A stretch of 64,000 nucleotides of DNA. It comes from Octopus vulgaris. Lineage: Eukaryota. Below the pieces are notes generated by a model. That model ran no database searches. It saw nothing but the letters and a program-made list of their open reading frames with translations, and was not told the DNA's origin. Positions within the stretch are counted from its first letter, which is position 1. Each line of letters opens with the position of its first letter. This document shows, piece by piece, positions 1 through 12,214 of the stretch. The stretch lies in contig OX597814.1 of NCBI GenBank assembly GCA_951406725.2, forward strand, positions 48,236,001-48,300,000. Direction: 5' to 3'. Made by a program: the position numbers and the translations under genes.

Positions 1-2419
1 TCGCCACAAATACCTTCGATAACAGACATGCATAATCTCGCGTGCTTCTGAGCAATTATATCTATGTATGAGATGACTTTACTTTCAGAAGAAACTTGGA
101 CGAGCAGATCCAAACCAGTCAGTGAGACTAACGGATAATAGAAATATATCCAACCATAAAAATACTGCTAATTGTATTACTTAAAAACTTCCAAATATTT
201 CTTATGTGTTTCAAACGAGGGAGTCTGTACGTGGTTATTCGATCTGCTTAAAATGGCATCCAGTTCTTTCCTAAAGCAGACCCTACTGTAAAAAAAGAAA
301 GAAAGAATGCATAATACATTGAATAATTGTAGTCCTGGTTACACAATACTTGAAAAAGACAGGCCGGGCATGGCTTGACTGCCTTTGATTATAAGTTTAT
401 TCAAAGTCGATCTGGGGCCAAGCAATAACAATAACACAGCGTGAACGCGTAGTAATAGTGTTACGCATGGTAATATTGTGGCTCTGGACGTCAGTATTTT
501 AAAGCTGTGGCCTTGCGTCTTTTCATTTAACTATCCACAACATAATGGGTAGGTTTAATGGGTATTTATAAACATGTCAATTCTAAGAATCCCATGTGAA
601 AATAACTAACCCCAAGCTGAATCAATCAAGGAGCAAAGAGTAACATATGCTACAGGCATCGCATTTTCAAAGATCCTGCGTTTAAGTTAAATACTTGCAA
701 AGTCATGAATAACCAATTCGGTGAATCTATACTCTATCTTTGTGGTATTATACGGCCTTCAACATTTATGAACGATTGGGGAGGTAAAGTTGATCCAATA
801 CTCGAAATACTTCCGAGACTCAGTACATCATTTAATTAAAATAAAATACAACAATCAAATTGTATTACACCGTTAAATGAACCGACTTACTTAATTTTTG
901 TTGGGACCTAATTGATATGATTGTAACGGAAGTAATTGATTTGGTACACAATATTATGAATTATCGGAGACAGCAGTTTATGTTGTAGGATGTGGAAGAC
1001 GAACAATGCATGAAGTTTTAAGGAAGTATTCATTTACCGTTACGTTACAAATACCTTGCCTCGACGGGCAGGTTTTGATACATCCAAAAGCATGCTAAGT
1101 AAAGTTTGTTTTTGGGTCCTCTTCATTGTTTAGTAGTAGTAAATACCGAGAGAGATAGAATGATGTTGTAAGAGAACAGAATTGGAGCTAGTGAGAGAGT
1201 GTGGGACGTTGTCTTTCTTTTTCCCTCTGCCTGTTTGTCTGCCTGCCTCCATGATTCTAGTGGTCGGTTCACTAACTGATGTTAGCTCCCATTTAACTCA
1301 CGAGTTTGTCACCAAGGTAACCAACTCCGTTGAGTCGTCACGACCGTGACGAACTGATTTTTGCTTGGGGGTATGCTTGCTTATATAACTATCCAGAAAG
1401 ATAGATATATCATTGAGAACAATAGATTTAGTTGGTGATCTTGTTATCTCTATTCTAGCTTTTGGTGAAGTAGAAGAGGTTAGAAAGGGTCACGTAGTGA
1501 AGACATTATTTCGGCCTAGTTAGAGGCACCTGGAAAATGTAAAACTGCTGTCAGAGAAAAGCCATTGTTCCATCGTGGGAAAAGTTCTGTTGCAGTGTTA
1601 ATTTAAATTTGGCTGTGGTGGATTGAATCCACTTCATGCTTGCAAAATTCACCACATGATCGACATTCCTTTTCTTTATTTTCGAGGCACGAAACTTGTC
1701 ATCTGGAATAATTATTATTCATGAGTCATAGTTCAGAGTTAGATTATCACTAAAATTTGATAGATATTGTATTGTTAATCTTCTTCATCAAAAAAAAATC
1801 GGATTTCTAGATGTGTAAGAAACATTCTGTTGTGTATAGTTTATCCTTCAAATTTGTCGTTAGTCTGCCTCGAGCTTTCTTGTTCATTAAACCGATTTTG
1901 AAAGCATTTAGGCTGAGAGTACTTGTGGCGTTTCTCAGTTCGAAGAGTTTCACAGGTAGATACTGTTAAATGTCGACACACAAAGAGAATCATTTATTAA
2001 TAGGGGCGAGTTATAGGCTTTTGGTATATTGGGGTGTACTAGATGTTCTTTATGAATGATCTTTCTACCTCGGATTGCCTCTTCAGACATTTTATTCATC
2101 ACCAGATCTTTGAAAAGCAGAATCCATTGTGAAAGAGGGAATGCTAAAATAATTTACCGCATATAAGCCATCGTCTTTTTTTTTGTTTACTTTCTAAATG
2201 TCTCAAGCATGTCAATTAGCAGGTAAATATCAAGCATTAGAAAAAAAAAATGAAAAAGAAAGCAACCGTTGTATTTATTTCGATCAACCTTCACCCTATT
2301 TTAGCTGCTCTGTATACCTTAGTCCTTCAGATAACCAACAGGGACCAGCTTATACACTCCGTTCGTCTGATCTAGCTGACTTTTATCGATCTTTTTTTGA
2401 CGAGTAGATTAAATCCAAG

Positions 2420-4600
2420 TGTTAATACTCGTACAAAACTTTCTGAACTAAGAAATGTCGCAAGTATTGTATAGTTTAAGAGGTACTACTGGAAAAAAAG
2501 TTTAGATACACTTCATTTTTATTTGAATAGAAACCTAGCTTATTGTAAAGAATTATAATCGTTTTTATGAATCCATCAGCTTATTTGAAGGATCAATATA
2601 TAGATTCAACACCAGATATATTTAATGTGAACCAGCTATTATTGATTGCATTAAGTTTTGCTGTCTGAACAAGTCGAAAGCTTTGTGAAGATTTTGGATA
2701 TGGAAGGTCAGTGCTGAACAATTCAAAGTTTACTAGATTTTTGAATGGAAAATCGTTCATTTATGAAATATTTCTGCGATCAAATTTATGACAGTGCCAC
2801 CGATATAAAGTATATACAAACATAGATTAAAGAACTGAATGAATTTATGGAATACATTTTGGAAAATATACCGCTGAATATTGTGAAGAAGCATTATTTG
2901 CATATATTCTTTTCTGATCTCCTTTCTGGTATACTATCCGATAGTGATGCGCATTTGCTGATTGTGAAAAGTATGTCAGACATCAGATAATTAACTTGTG
3001 TAAGTGCAACAAAAGTACTTTTACACAGTTTTTCAGCAATGAAAACAACACTTGAACAACGTTTCAAATATCAATGTTCAGAAAATATGATGTAGACGAC
3101 AAACTCATTTTTAATGATGAAGCTGAAAACGAGAATAATAGTTATTTTGTGGGATAAAGAATTACAGGGTTGTTAAGTGGCCAGTGTTTCTTGGTAATTT
3201 TTTTTTTATCAAGACTTGAAAATAACTTCTTAGCTTATGTATCTTTCTTAATCTGTACATGGATATATTAAATCAATGCATTTATTTTATGAGACACAGA
3301 AAAAAAAAAAAAAGACAACTAGGATTTAACTTATCAATTGCATACGCCAAAAACAAAAACAAAATCGCAGCAATGATGATTTCAGCAGTTCCATCATCCC
3401 TAAATCACTTGTTGAAACTCAAAGGTTTTATTAGAAAGTTATAAGCCAAATATTTCTTATTATTTTTGGTTGCTTAACTTTCTGCCCTGCCAGAAAAATC
3501 AGAAAGCTTATCAAAGAGTGAATGGAAGAGTTGAATTCCTTCATCGGTAATTGCCATAAAGATCATAATATCTTGTTAAAATACACCGTAAATCCTCGAG
3601 TATAGTCTGCCCTTGAGTATAAGACGCGGGGGATTTTTAGGGGGCTGTACCTCTGAAAAACCTAAACCGTTTGTATAATACGCACCCCTTCTCTAACTTG
3701 AGTCAAGGAGGTCTATATAACGTTCTTGGCTTGTACAAATGTATACGGTAACGTACTTTATTATTATTGTATACATAACATAATGCAAACATGTAGCATT
3801 TTTGTGCATTTTGTTTGCAGAAAATAAAGAAATAGCAGTAATAGTGTTTAAGAAATGTTGCTTACTGCAAGTTATGGATGATTCTTTTATAACTTCATTG
3901 CTTTCAGGCTTAGCTTAAGGTATTTTCGGGCCCGACTTTACAAAATGCGTCTGAATAAACATTGCCGGACAGCAAATAGAGACTTGGACATTGCTTAGAA
4001 AATATTTTTGATTTTTAACCTCGTGTATAATACGCACTAGGGATTTTGACCTTTGAATTTTGAGAAAAAAATGCGGATTATACTCGAGGATTTACGGTAT
4101 CCAGAACATCCGATAGAAAGACTTCATAAAGAATTTTTACAGTTTACAAAATTTTAAAACTTGATTTTGCTTCTCATTGCCATCAAACAAGACTTAGTTG
4201 AGTTACAGTTTTAGTGTTTAGTAACAGGCAATTCCTCAGAGGTTTGTCTTACAAATATAGAAATGCCTCGTGGTTACCACCCGTAGTCTTCACTGCAGGT
4301 GGCAACCATTTTAAAAACTACCAAAAATTGAAAGTGGATTAGAAGCACCATGGGCCAAAAACAGAATGAACAATTTCGCTGTTATGAGCATTGAACATAA
4401 ACACATGCGTGAAATAAATATTCCCAGTTTCACCAACATATTTGCTCATACTAAATTTGGAATCTATGACGTCAAAAACGAAAAAAAAAAAAGGAGAAAA
4501 ATAATAGAATCATTCATTGTTTTAGAAATAGGAACAAATAATTTTAAATGTACCCAATTAATTTTCTTTTTCTGCCAAAGTAAATAAGTTCAAGTTAAAT
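2420..4600 (+). mobile_element. Decayed hAT-superfamily transposase relic, interrupted by a pogo-like MITE
   Basis: Near 4340-4450 the sequence reads (L)RSTMGQ.RMNNFAVMSIEH, typical of the hAT C-terminal dimerisation domain. The upstream part is heavily disrupted and the boundaries are approximate. Confidence 0.45.
3586..4097. mobile_element. pogo/Tigger-like MITE (CCGTA termini)
   Basis: TIR ccgtaaatcctcgagtata (3586-3604) matches tatactcgaggatttacgg (4079-4097). TA follows the right end; the left flank is CA. The subterminal motif gtataatacgcac is repeated internally. No ORF. Confidence 0.8.
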
Positions 4601-4682
4601 ATTTTCCGTCTTTCAGTCAGATTACGTGTGTTTAATGCTATTTTTCTATTTCTCTCTTTCTCTTTCTCTCCCCCCTCTCTCT

Positions 4683-4718
<36 letters not shown>

Positions 4719-4757
4719 GTAAATGAGATGACAAAGGAATAAACGATTATTTTATGA

Positions 4758-4865
4758 ACTTCATTAGCTTACGGCTGTTTCTGCTATAAGATACAGTGGA
4801 CTCAAAGCCGAGTGCCTGAGTAATATTAATACCTTATAGCTTCGTCAGAGCTTCGAATATGAAGT
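4758..4865 (-). ncRNA. Type I hammerhead ribozyme motif with intact catalytic core
   Basis: Minus strand reads acttcat..agct-CUGACGA-a-[gctataaggtat...gtatcttatagc]-a-GAAA-cagcc-GUA-agct-a-atgaagt. Both core boxes are canonical. Stem I is 4+7 bp, the stem II base is 12 bp, and stem III is minimal with a GUA cleavage triplet. Confidence 0.8.
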
Positions 4866-4916
4866 GTACAATTTAATTGGGAAAATAATTACATTTATGC
4901 TCTCTCTCTCTCACAC

Positions 4917-4970
<54 letters not shown>

Positions 4971-5149
4971 GAGAAAACATTACCAACGAGTAAGTAAACA
5001 CCTATGACGGGGATGAAAATCAAGGGCTCTCTTACAAACTATTATGAACTGTGTATAATTTGCCAACTTTTTCTTTCACTTCATGCAACAATATTTGTTC
5101 TACATGCTTTTATGTTCTAACTGCTAATCGTTTGCTTTCCCAAATAAAC

Positions 5150-5290
5150 TTACATTTCATTTCATAAGCTCCATAGAAGCCATTAAGTGACGCATAAGCG
5201 CTCAGCTCTGAATGCACTGCATCTTAGAGCAGAAACAACTGTAAGGTAATGAAGTTGATTACATAAATCCTGTTCCCTTGTTATTCATTG
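5150..5290 (+). repeat. Diverged inverted copy of the hammerhead-bearing repeat (core 1 decayed)
   Basis: cactgcatcttagagcagaaacaactgtaaggtaatgaagtt aligns with the reverse complement of ~4757-4800. CTGACGA is replaced by ccataga. Confidence 0.65.
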
Positions 5291-5374
5291 AATTTCAAAT
5301 TACGCTCTTTATTCTGAACCATATGTATATTGAGTTCTAACACTAGGTTATTAGTATCGCTATGCCTAAGCGAA

Positions 5375-5527
5375 GACGCGTAGCTCAGTGGTTAGAGTGT
5401 CGGGCTCACGGTCATGAGGTAGTGAGTTTGATTCCTGGACCGGGCTGTGTGTTGTGTTCTTGAGCAAGACACTTTATTTCACGTTGCTCCAGTTCACTCA
5501 TCTATAAAAATGAGTTGCGACGTCACT
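5375..5527 (+). mobile_element. tRNA-derived SINE, 5' part
   Basis: A-box-like gtagctcagtggttagag and B-box-like gagtttgattcc, followed by the central motif gtgttcttgagcaagacactt. Related copies lie at 42110-42362 (-) and 56388-56455 (+). Confidence 0.75.
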
Positions 5528-7145
5528 AAAAGACTACGAAGCGGTGACCGGAGCGAAAATCAACCGGAAAAAGTCCGTAGGCTTGCGGCTCGGCGCCTGG
5601 AGAAGCAAGCCCATGCCGTCCACCAGCACCTCAGTAGTGGGACGCTGGACGGACGGGCCAGTCAAGTTGCTCGGAGTCTGGTTCGGTCCAGATCTGCAAA
5701 CGGAAAAGAACTGGGACAAGATAACGAGGAGGGTGGCCACTCTCTCCAGGAAATGGGCCGAGAGGAAGCTATCCCTAAAAGGTTGGGCGGATGTGACGAA
5801 CAAGTACATCGCGTCTGTCATCAACTACCGCCAAACCGTCGTGCCTTGTCCCGACCCTACCGTCACCAAACTGGAGCGCATTCTCTTCCGCTTCTTGTGG
5901 TAAGGAAACGTTCCGATGGTCAGGCGATCCGTTTGCTGTCAATACCCGCTGAAAGGCGGTGCTGGGCATGCCGTGGTTAATGATGCACAGACACGCGCTG
6001 AGACTGCGACATTTCCGGCTCTACGTAGACGACGGTGAGCAGGTGTGGTCGCGTTTGTGCGACGCGCTTTCCCGCAGCTCGTCTCCATGACCGAGCTGCA
6101 GTCGTGGATCAAAAAGAGGCCGAGGAAGGGCGAATGGCATCACGAGTGTCGCGTTGCTCTCCAGCAACTGTGCCGTCCTGGATCGACCTTGAGCGACTAC
6201 ATCACCACGAAAGCATTTTATAGGGGATTAGTGGAGGGGAGGTACGACGTCGATCTCAGTGCAAACCTGGCGTCGACGAGGAATACCTGACCCACCTGTT
6301 CAAGACAACTTTCGGGCCGGGACCTATGGACAATTTCCAGAGATCCCTGGCTTGGCAGTGCTATCGAGCAGCGCTACCCGTTGGGGATAAGCTCTATAGA
6401 CATGGTTCAAGAAACACGGGGCCGACCTGCCCGAGATGCGGTCAAAGCGACGAAACCGTTCTGCACGCACTCGTAGTGTCCAGCCATTTCCGACCTGTGG
6501 GCTTATGTCGAACGACTGCTGTCACGTGTGGGACGAGTCGGTTTATCAGCCGAGTCTATCGTCAAATCACGCCTCTTTCCTTCAAACGGGAAGGAAGAGC
6601 TATTTTCATAATACTTGTGGCTACGGCGAAAGAATGTATCTGGTGGACGCCTCTGAAAGGATTAGAGACAAACAATTTCCCCTCTGGTCAATCTCTCATC
6701 AACTTTTTCAAGTATCACTTGGAAAGGAAGGTGAGAGTAGAGAGGGAAGTTTTGTCTCGCGACTGTTTAAAAAAAAAGATGGGTAAATGTAGCAAGGATG
6801 GCACATATGAATGACGAAGCCACCTTGAGCATGATCCTATGAACCGTAAAAATTTAAAGCAGTTACTTATTTGTAAATAAATATGTTGATATGAGACGTA
6901 ATTGCCCGAGGTTACTGTGGTCTTTTCGTAGGTTTTTGTTTCCACAGATAAACCTCCCCATTTCTTGGGAACTTTTTATACTATTTCGACATTTTTTTTT
7001 GCATATATCCCCAATATATCCCTTTTTGATCGTTGTCCCTATTTTTGTCTTTTTTTAAATTTGTTTTCGCCCCCCTCGAAAAGAAAAAAAAACTCTACAT
7101 TGTAATTGTCCCCTCTGTGTCTAGCCCTGTGTGGCCAATAAAGAA

Positions 7146-7146
<1 letters not shown>
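5528..7146 (+). mobile_element. 5'-truncated Tx1/L1-clade LINE (RT C-terminus plus zf-RVT zinc finger, frameshifted) with 3' UTR
   Basis: Pieces translate to GAKINRKKS, VKLLGVWFG, WAERKLSLKG, FRFLW, PLKGG and AWQCYRAALPVGDKL...CPRCGQSDETVLHAL. The segment is GC-rich relative to its flanks and ends in aataaagaaa directly before (TCTA)n. Confidence 0.85.
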
Positions 7147-7217
<71 letters not shown>

Positions 7218-7232
7218 ATCTATCTGTCTGTT

Positions 7233-7299
<67 letters not shown>

Positions 7300-7377
7300 T
7301 TATTACGTATATTATGCTGTGCGTGTGTATACGCGCGCGCACACACACATATACTGATAGATAGATAGTGTCACAGT

Positions 7378-7445
<68 letters not shown>

Positions 7446-7478
7446 AAGCGAAAGAAAAAGAGAGAGAGAGAAGAGAGA

Positions 7479-7525
<47 letters not shown>
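7147..7525. repeat. Compound microsatellite (TCTA)n-(TCTG)n ... (TG)n-(AG)n
   Basis: Directly visible. It generates the spurious SIYL, VC and ER ORFs. Confidence 0.95.
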
Positions 7526-7528
<3 letters not shown>

Positions 7529-8094
7529 CTGTTTTGATAGATGTGACTTAGTATTGAAATGTTATTTATATTTTCTTTTTTCTCCTACCTCTGGTATTAT
7601 TTGCGCTTCTCTATTCTGCTTGACAGATTAATTCCGTTTCTCCGTAATTAAGCCACTGACCTTTATTTCAGTAATGATATTCATACAACAAATAATGCCG
7701 GGGTTATAATAGCTGATACAAACTTGTTGAGGAATTACTTTATGGCTGTTAGTGTACTTGTTATTGCGTTTAGATATTCGACCTCGATGATGTGACTTTA
7801 TCATGGTGTGTGTGTGCGATTTGGTTTGCGCGTTGTACACGTATTTGTCTGTAAGTGTATATACGGTTGAGAAGTTCGCTTCGCAAATACCTGGGTTCGG
7901 ATTCGATTTCACTTTGCTGCATATTAAGGAAGTGTCTTCTGTCACAGCTTCGTATTGACCGAATGAAATGCGGTAAACTCGACACACCTTGCAGAAGAGG
8001 ATGGCGGAACAGTTTTTATTAGTGGGTGATATAATTAATAATTGTTTTTCTTTTACACACTGGATCTCGTGGAAGATCAAGTACAAAGACTGAC

Positions 8095-8285
8095 GAGATT
8101 GGCAAAATACTTAGCGGCATTTTGTCCGTCTTTATGTCCTGAGTTCAAGTTCCGCCGAGGTCGACTTTGCTTTTCATCTTTTCAGACTTCGATAAAATAA
8201 GAAGCAGCTGAGCTTGGGTTCGATGTAAAAGACTTACTTTCTCCCACGAAATTGTTGACCTTATGCCAAAATTTGAAATAAATAT
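8095..8285 (+). mobile_element. Diverged SINE (family A)
   Basis: gagttcaagttccgccgaggtcgactttgcttttcatc matches the well-preserved copy at 58055-58288. Confidence 0.7.
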
Positions 8286-8289
8286 TCTT

Positions 8290-9260
8290 TTTGAACTATT
8301 GTAAATCAACAGCTACGACATGAGCAAGGAGGGATTCCTGATGACCAACGTTCTGAGAAGGAAGGACTGAATTTAGTGATTAGTGTGAAGTCCTGGCGCT
8401 TTGGACGTAATAAGGACCATGAAAGGAAGAAACAAATAGGCTAGGAAAACTTGAATTGAGGTGGCATGACACCAGTCAACTCCGTGGAACGTAGGTCATT
8501 ATAGTATTAGCAGAAAAGCCAGAGTGAGGTGGCAGCGAGCTTGTGAGCCAGAGATTGGAACGGGTTTGTGGGTAGCTTTATATCAGTCAGTCTGTGTGTA
8601 CGGCCGTTGTACTGCGCCAGATATCTGAACATTATTCCACTGTGGGCCTTACTTCAGTTGTGTAGAATGTCAATAATTACTGGGGACTGAAGTACCTTCT
8701 GGCCATAAAGACAGGACCAATCGTTGGAATGCGGTCCTAGCTAAGTTAAGGATGTGCTTTCGCCAGTAGAAATACTCGATGTTAGTGGGCCACATTTTTG
8801 GAGTGATTATGAAGACTGTATTTGTTTGCTGTTCATGATTAAATGGGGATGTGTTACAAGAATGGTTTCTTTATATAAGAAGCATTTGTGTTGTCCTTGC
8901 AGTTGAAAGAGACAAGATTGGCATAATTCCGTGGGAGGGTGCTTTCTTGGTCTCTGATTATGAAATCAGTGCGGATTTGGCGTGTGGTGTCTAGTTTGAG
9001 TGTGGATCATACAAGGTTGGGAATGGTTAGGGAAGAATGAAGGTAGGTCATTGAGTTACAGAAAGTGAGGAGCAAACTCGAACTTTAATGCACGCCGAAG
9101 CTGATAGGGCGAGGAACAGAAAGAGATCCTTTAATACAGGCGGCGATAGGAAGCTACTGGTTAGGGAAATAAAAGTTGAGTGGATTTCGATAGGAGATTT
9201 GCATGCCAGACACAATCGGAAGCTTTGCTGACGTCGATGGCGACAGCCACTCGTTAGTGG
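8290..9260 (-). mobile_element. Decayed CR1/L2/Jockey-group LINE RT relic
   Basis: Minus strand gives AVAIDVSKASDCVWHANLLSK (LDxSKAFDxVWH-like) and a decayed GV.QGS-like block. Many stops. Confidence 0.5.
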
Positions 9261-10095
9261 GTCACATGGGAGAGTAGGTTACCAATGGATCTAGCTTCAC
9301 GGAAACTGTACTGTTGATAATTAAGGGGGAGAGAAAGAGGAGGAAATGGTGGGTTAGGGTTAGAGAGAAAGAAGGAGAGAGAAAGAAATAAAGTGTGTGT
9401 GTGTGTGTGTGAGTGTTAGAAAAAGTTGTTGTTAATAGCTTTCTCCAGTATCTTAGAGGTACAGGAAGAGATTGCGATAGTGCAATAGTTAGCACGATCA
9501 GAAAGGTTGCCTTTCTTTGGAATGGGACACACATTAGCGCGTCTGCAAAGACCAGGGAGGATCCCTGTAGGAAATGGGAGATTGAAGTTTTTGGTTTGTA
9601 TAGGGGCTAGCTCTTGGGCTCAACATTTGAGAGTAATACAAGGAACAGTGTAAATGAGGGCGACCTTGCTGGTTTCAAGCGACTTGAGTTACTCATCTGG
9701 TTATATACTGGACCTGGAAGGACGAGAGGAGATAGATTTTGGAAGAGATTTGTCAAGGGAATGCCGTGAAGAATTGGCTGCAAAGCAGGAAGCGAAAGTG
9801 GAGGTGCAGCTCACTGAGCATAATTATTGTGAAGTTGCCCGGTTTAATATGGCCATCTAACCCTTGGATGCCTTTGGCAGGTTTCACTCAGTTGCAAGCG
9901 TTGAGACCAGAACTCAGCTCTTAGGATGATTTCTTCTCTTGCACTTAACATGTCCTGCAAGCCCTAACGAGGGTCATGGGAATAAATTCTTTTTTCTGAC
10001 TTAGTCTGTGGAGCAAAACAAAAGGAAAAGAACAACGAAATTACATGCATGCGAATGTATGTATATACGTGAATATGTACATACATATGTACATG

Positions 10096-10142
<47 letters not shown>

Positions 10143-10146
<4 letters not shown>

Positions 10147-11412
10147 AGGGTTGGACAAAATAATGGAAACACCTAGCATCATAGCATCATAATTTTGAAA
10201 TGTCTATAAAGCCGTCAAAAGCTTGTTTATTTTTGTTTTTTGATTTAGTGTTGCTTAATATGTTCTGCTAAAATTGCTGTTTCTTTTCAGATATCATTGG
10301 AAAAAGGTAATTAAAATTCATTAAAATGTCAGATCTATCGGACTTTCAAAGAGGTCAAATTGTTGGTGCTCGTATGGCAGGTGCTAGCGTAACGGAAACA
10401 GCCGAAATGTTTGGTGTACCAAGAAGTACTGTCACGAAAGTAATGACAGCCTTTGAGAAAGAGAGAAAAAAACCTCCTCATCGAAACAAAACTCAGGAAA
10501 AAAGCCAAAACTTTCAGATAGGGACCGTCGGATTCTTACGCGAATTGTTCGAAAGAATCACAAAAGTACAGCCCCCAAAATTACTGCAGAGCTTAATACC
10601 ACCTCGAGAACACAGTTTCCACAAACACTGATCGCCGGGAGTTGCACAAAGCCGAATTTCACGGGAGGGCTGCAATCAGAAAACCACTACTTTCAACAAC
10701 AAATGTTGCAAAGCGTTTAGAGTGAAGTATAAACCTACAGAATTGGTCCCTAGAGCAGTGGAAGAATGTTATTTTCTCGGACGAGTTATCCTTTACCTTA
10801 TTTCCGACCACTGTCCGAGTATACGTGTGGAGACAGCCAAAAGAAGCATTTGGCCCAAACTGCCTTCTTCCAGTTGTTAAACATGGAGGAGGATCTGTGA
10901 TGATCTGGGGGACTATATCTTGGAAATCAGCCGGTCCAATGGTTTCCCATCATGGCAGAATTAATAGTCAAGACTGTTTAAGCATTTTATCTGATCAAAT
11001 TTATCCTATGGTTGCGGAACTGTTTCCGGAGGGAAACGCAGTTTTTCAGGATGATAATGCACCAATTCACACAGCTAAAGTTGCAACTGAATGACACGAG
11101 GGACATTCTAGTCAAGTTGAACATCTTATCTGGCCACCACAGTCTCCAGAACTCAATATTATTGAACATTTATGGTGCATTTTAGAAAAACAAGTAAGGA
11201 GTCGATATCCTCCACCATCATCACTACAGGAACTGGAAACTGTTTCAGCTGAAGAATGGACAAAAGTCCCTTTGGAAACAATTTAAACTTTGTATGAGCC
11301 CATACCTCATAGCATTCAAACTGTAATTACTGCCAAAGGCGGTCCTACCTCATATTAAAATAAATTCGTTTGAAATTTTAAGGTGTTTCCATTATTTTGT
11401 CCAATCCCTGTG
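10143..11412 (+). mobile_element. Full-length Tc1-family DNA transposon, DD36E type, with inactivated transposase
   Basis: 32-bp TIRs cacaagggttggacaaaataatggaaacacct and aggtgtttccattattttgtccaatccctgtg (2 mismatches), with TA on both sides. Total length 1270 bp. Confidence 0.92.
10326..11358 (+). pseudogene. Tc1-like transposase pseudogene
   Basis: HTH start MSDLSDFQRGQIVGARMAG, then VIFSDE, VKHGGGSVMIWG, FQDDNAPIH and WPPQSPELNIIEHLW. Contains frameshifts and in-frame TGA stops (e.g. 11092-11094). Confidence 0.9.
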
Positions 11413-11822
11413 TATATATATATATGTAATACACGTGTATGTGTTCACGTCTGCGTACACAGTGTGTGTTAACTTTTATGTGGGTATGTGTTTATCTATT
11501 TAGCATGTACACCTGTGTGTGAATATGTGTATATGTTTGTGCGTGAGCGCGCATACACGTGTGCGTTAGTGCTAGCGCAATGGTGTATTAATTTGCATGT
11601 GTGCGCGATATGTACGTCTGGTTGTATAGTATAAGTATTTCCCTGATTACGAGAATTTGTTTTAGTGTCCTGGTGTGGCTATGTGGTGCGAGTGAATGTT
11701 AATGGTTAGTGTGTGAGTGTATGTTAGTGCAAGCATGCTACTCGGTGCTTGTTAGTAGATTGTGTATATGTGTGAGCCAGCATTTCGTGTATATTTATTT
11801 AATTGTATGAGTAGTATGCTGT

Positions 11823-11861
<39 letters not shown>

Positions 11862-12150
11862 TATAGTGTTTGGGTTACAATGTTTTTCCACGTCAATATG
11901 TGTTTTTGTCGGATGGTAAATTAGTGTTTTAGTATATGGACTGTTGAATTAGTACCGTATCTCCTAAGATGGGCATTAGTTGAGGTATATGCAGTTTGTT
12001 CTGTGTATGTGTGCGTGTGCGCGTGTGTGTATATGTGCGTGTGTATGTGCGTGTGTATGTGTGTGTGTATGTGTGAGATAAAGAGAGAGAGAGAGAGGAG
12101 AGAGGGAAATAAAAGAAAGAGAAAGTGAGAGAGAAGAGAAAGAGAAAGAA

Positions 12151-12214
<64 letters not shown>

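Noticed and set aside
2050-2095. Minus-strand CTGAAGA...GAAA..TTC resembling a hammerhead
   Set aside because: No stem II closes at GAAA and stem I is negligible; probably chance.
980-2130. Possible LTR or Gypsy relic
   Set aside because: The texture is suggestive, but I could not identify paired LTRs, a TSD or a convincing protein motif.
5375-5445. tRNA gene
   Set aside because: The A and B boxes run straight into SINE body sequence and no full cloverleaf is evident; it is a SINE head.
7033-7631. ORFs with SIYL, VC, ER, YI, MYVC or poly-N/I/L runs, here and throughout the track
   Set aside because: They are translations of microsatellites, with no evidence of being genes.
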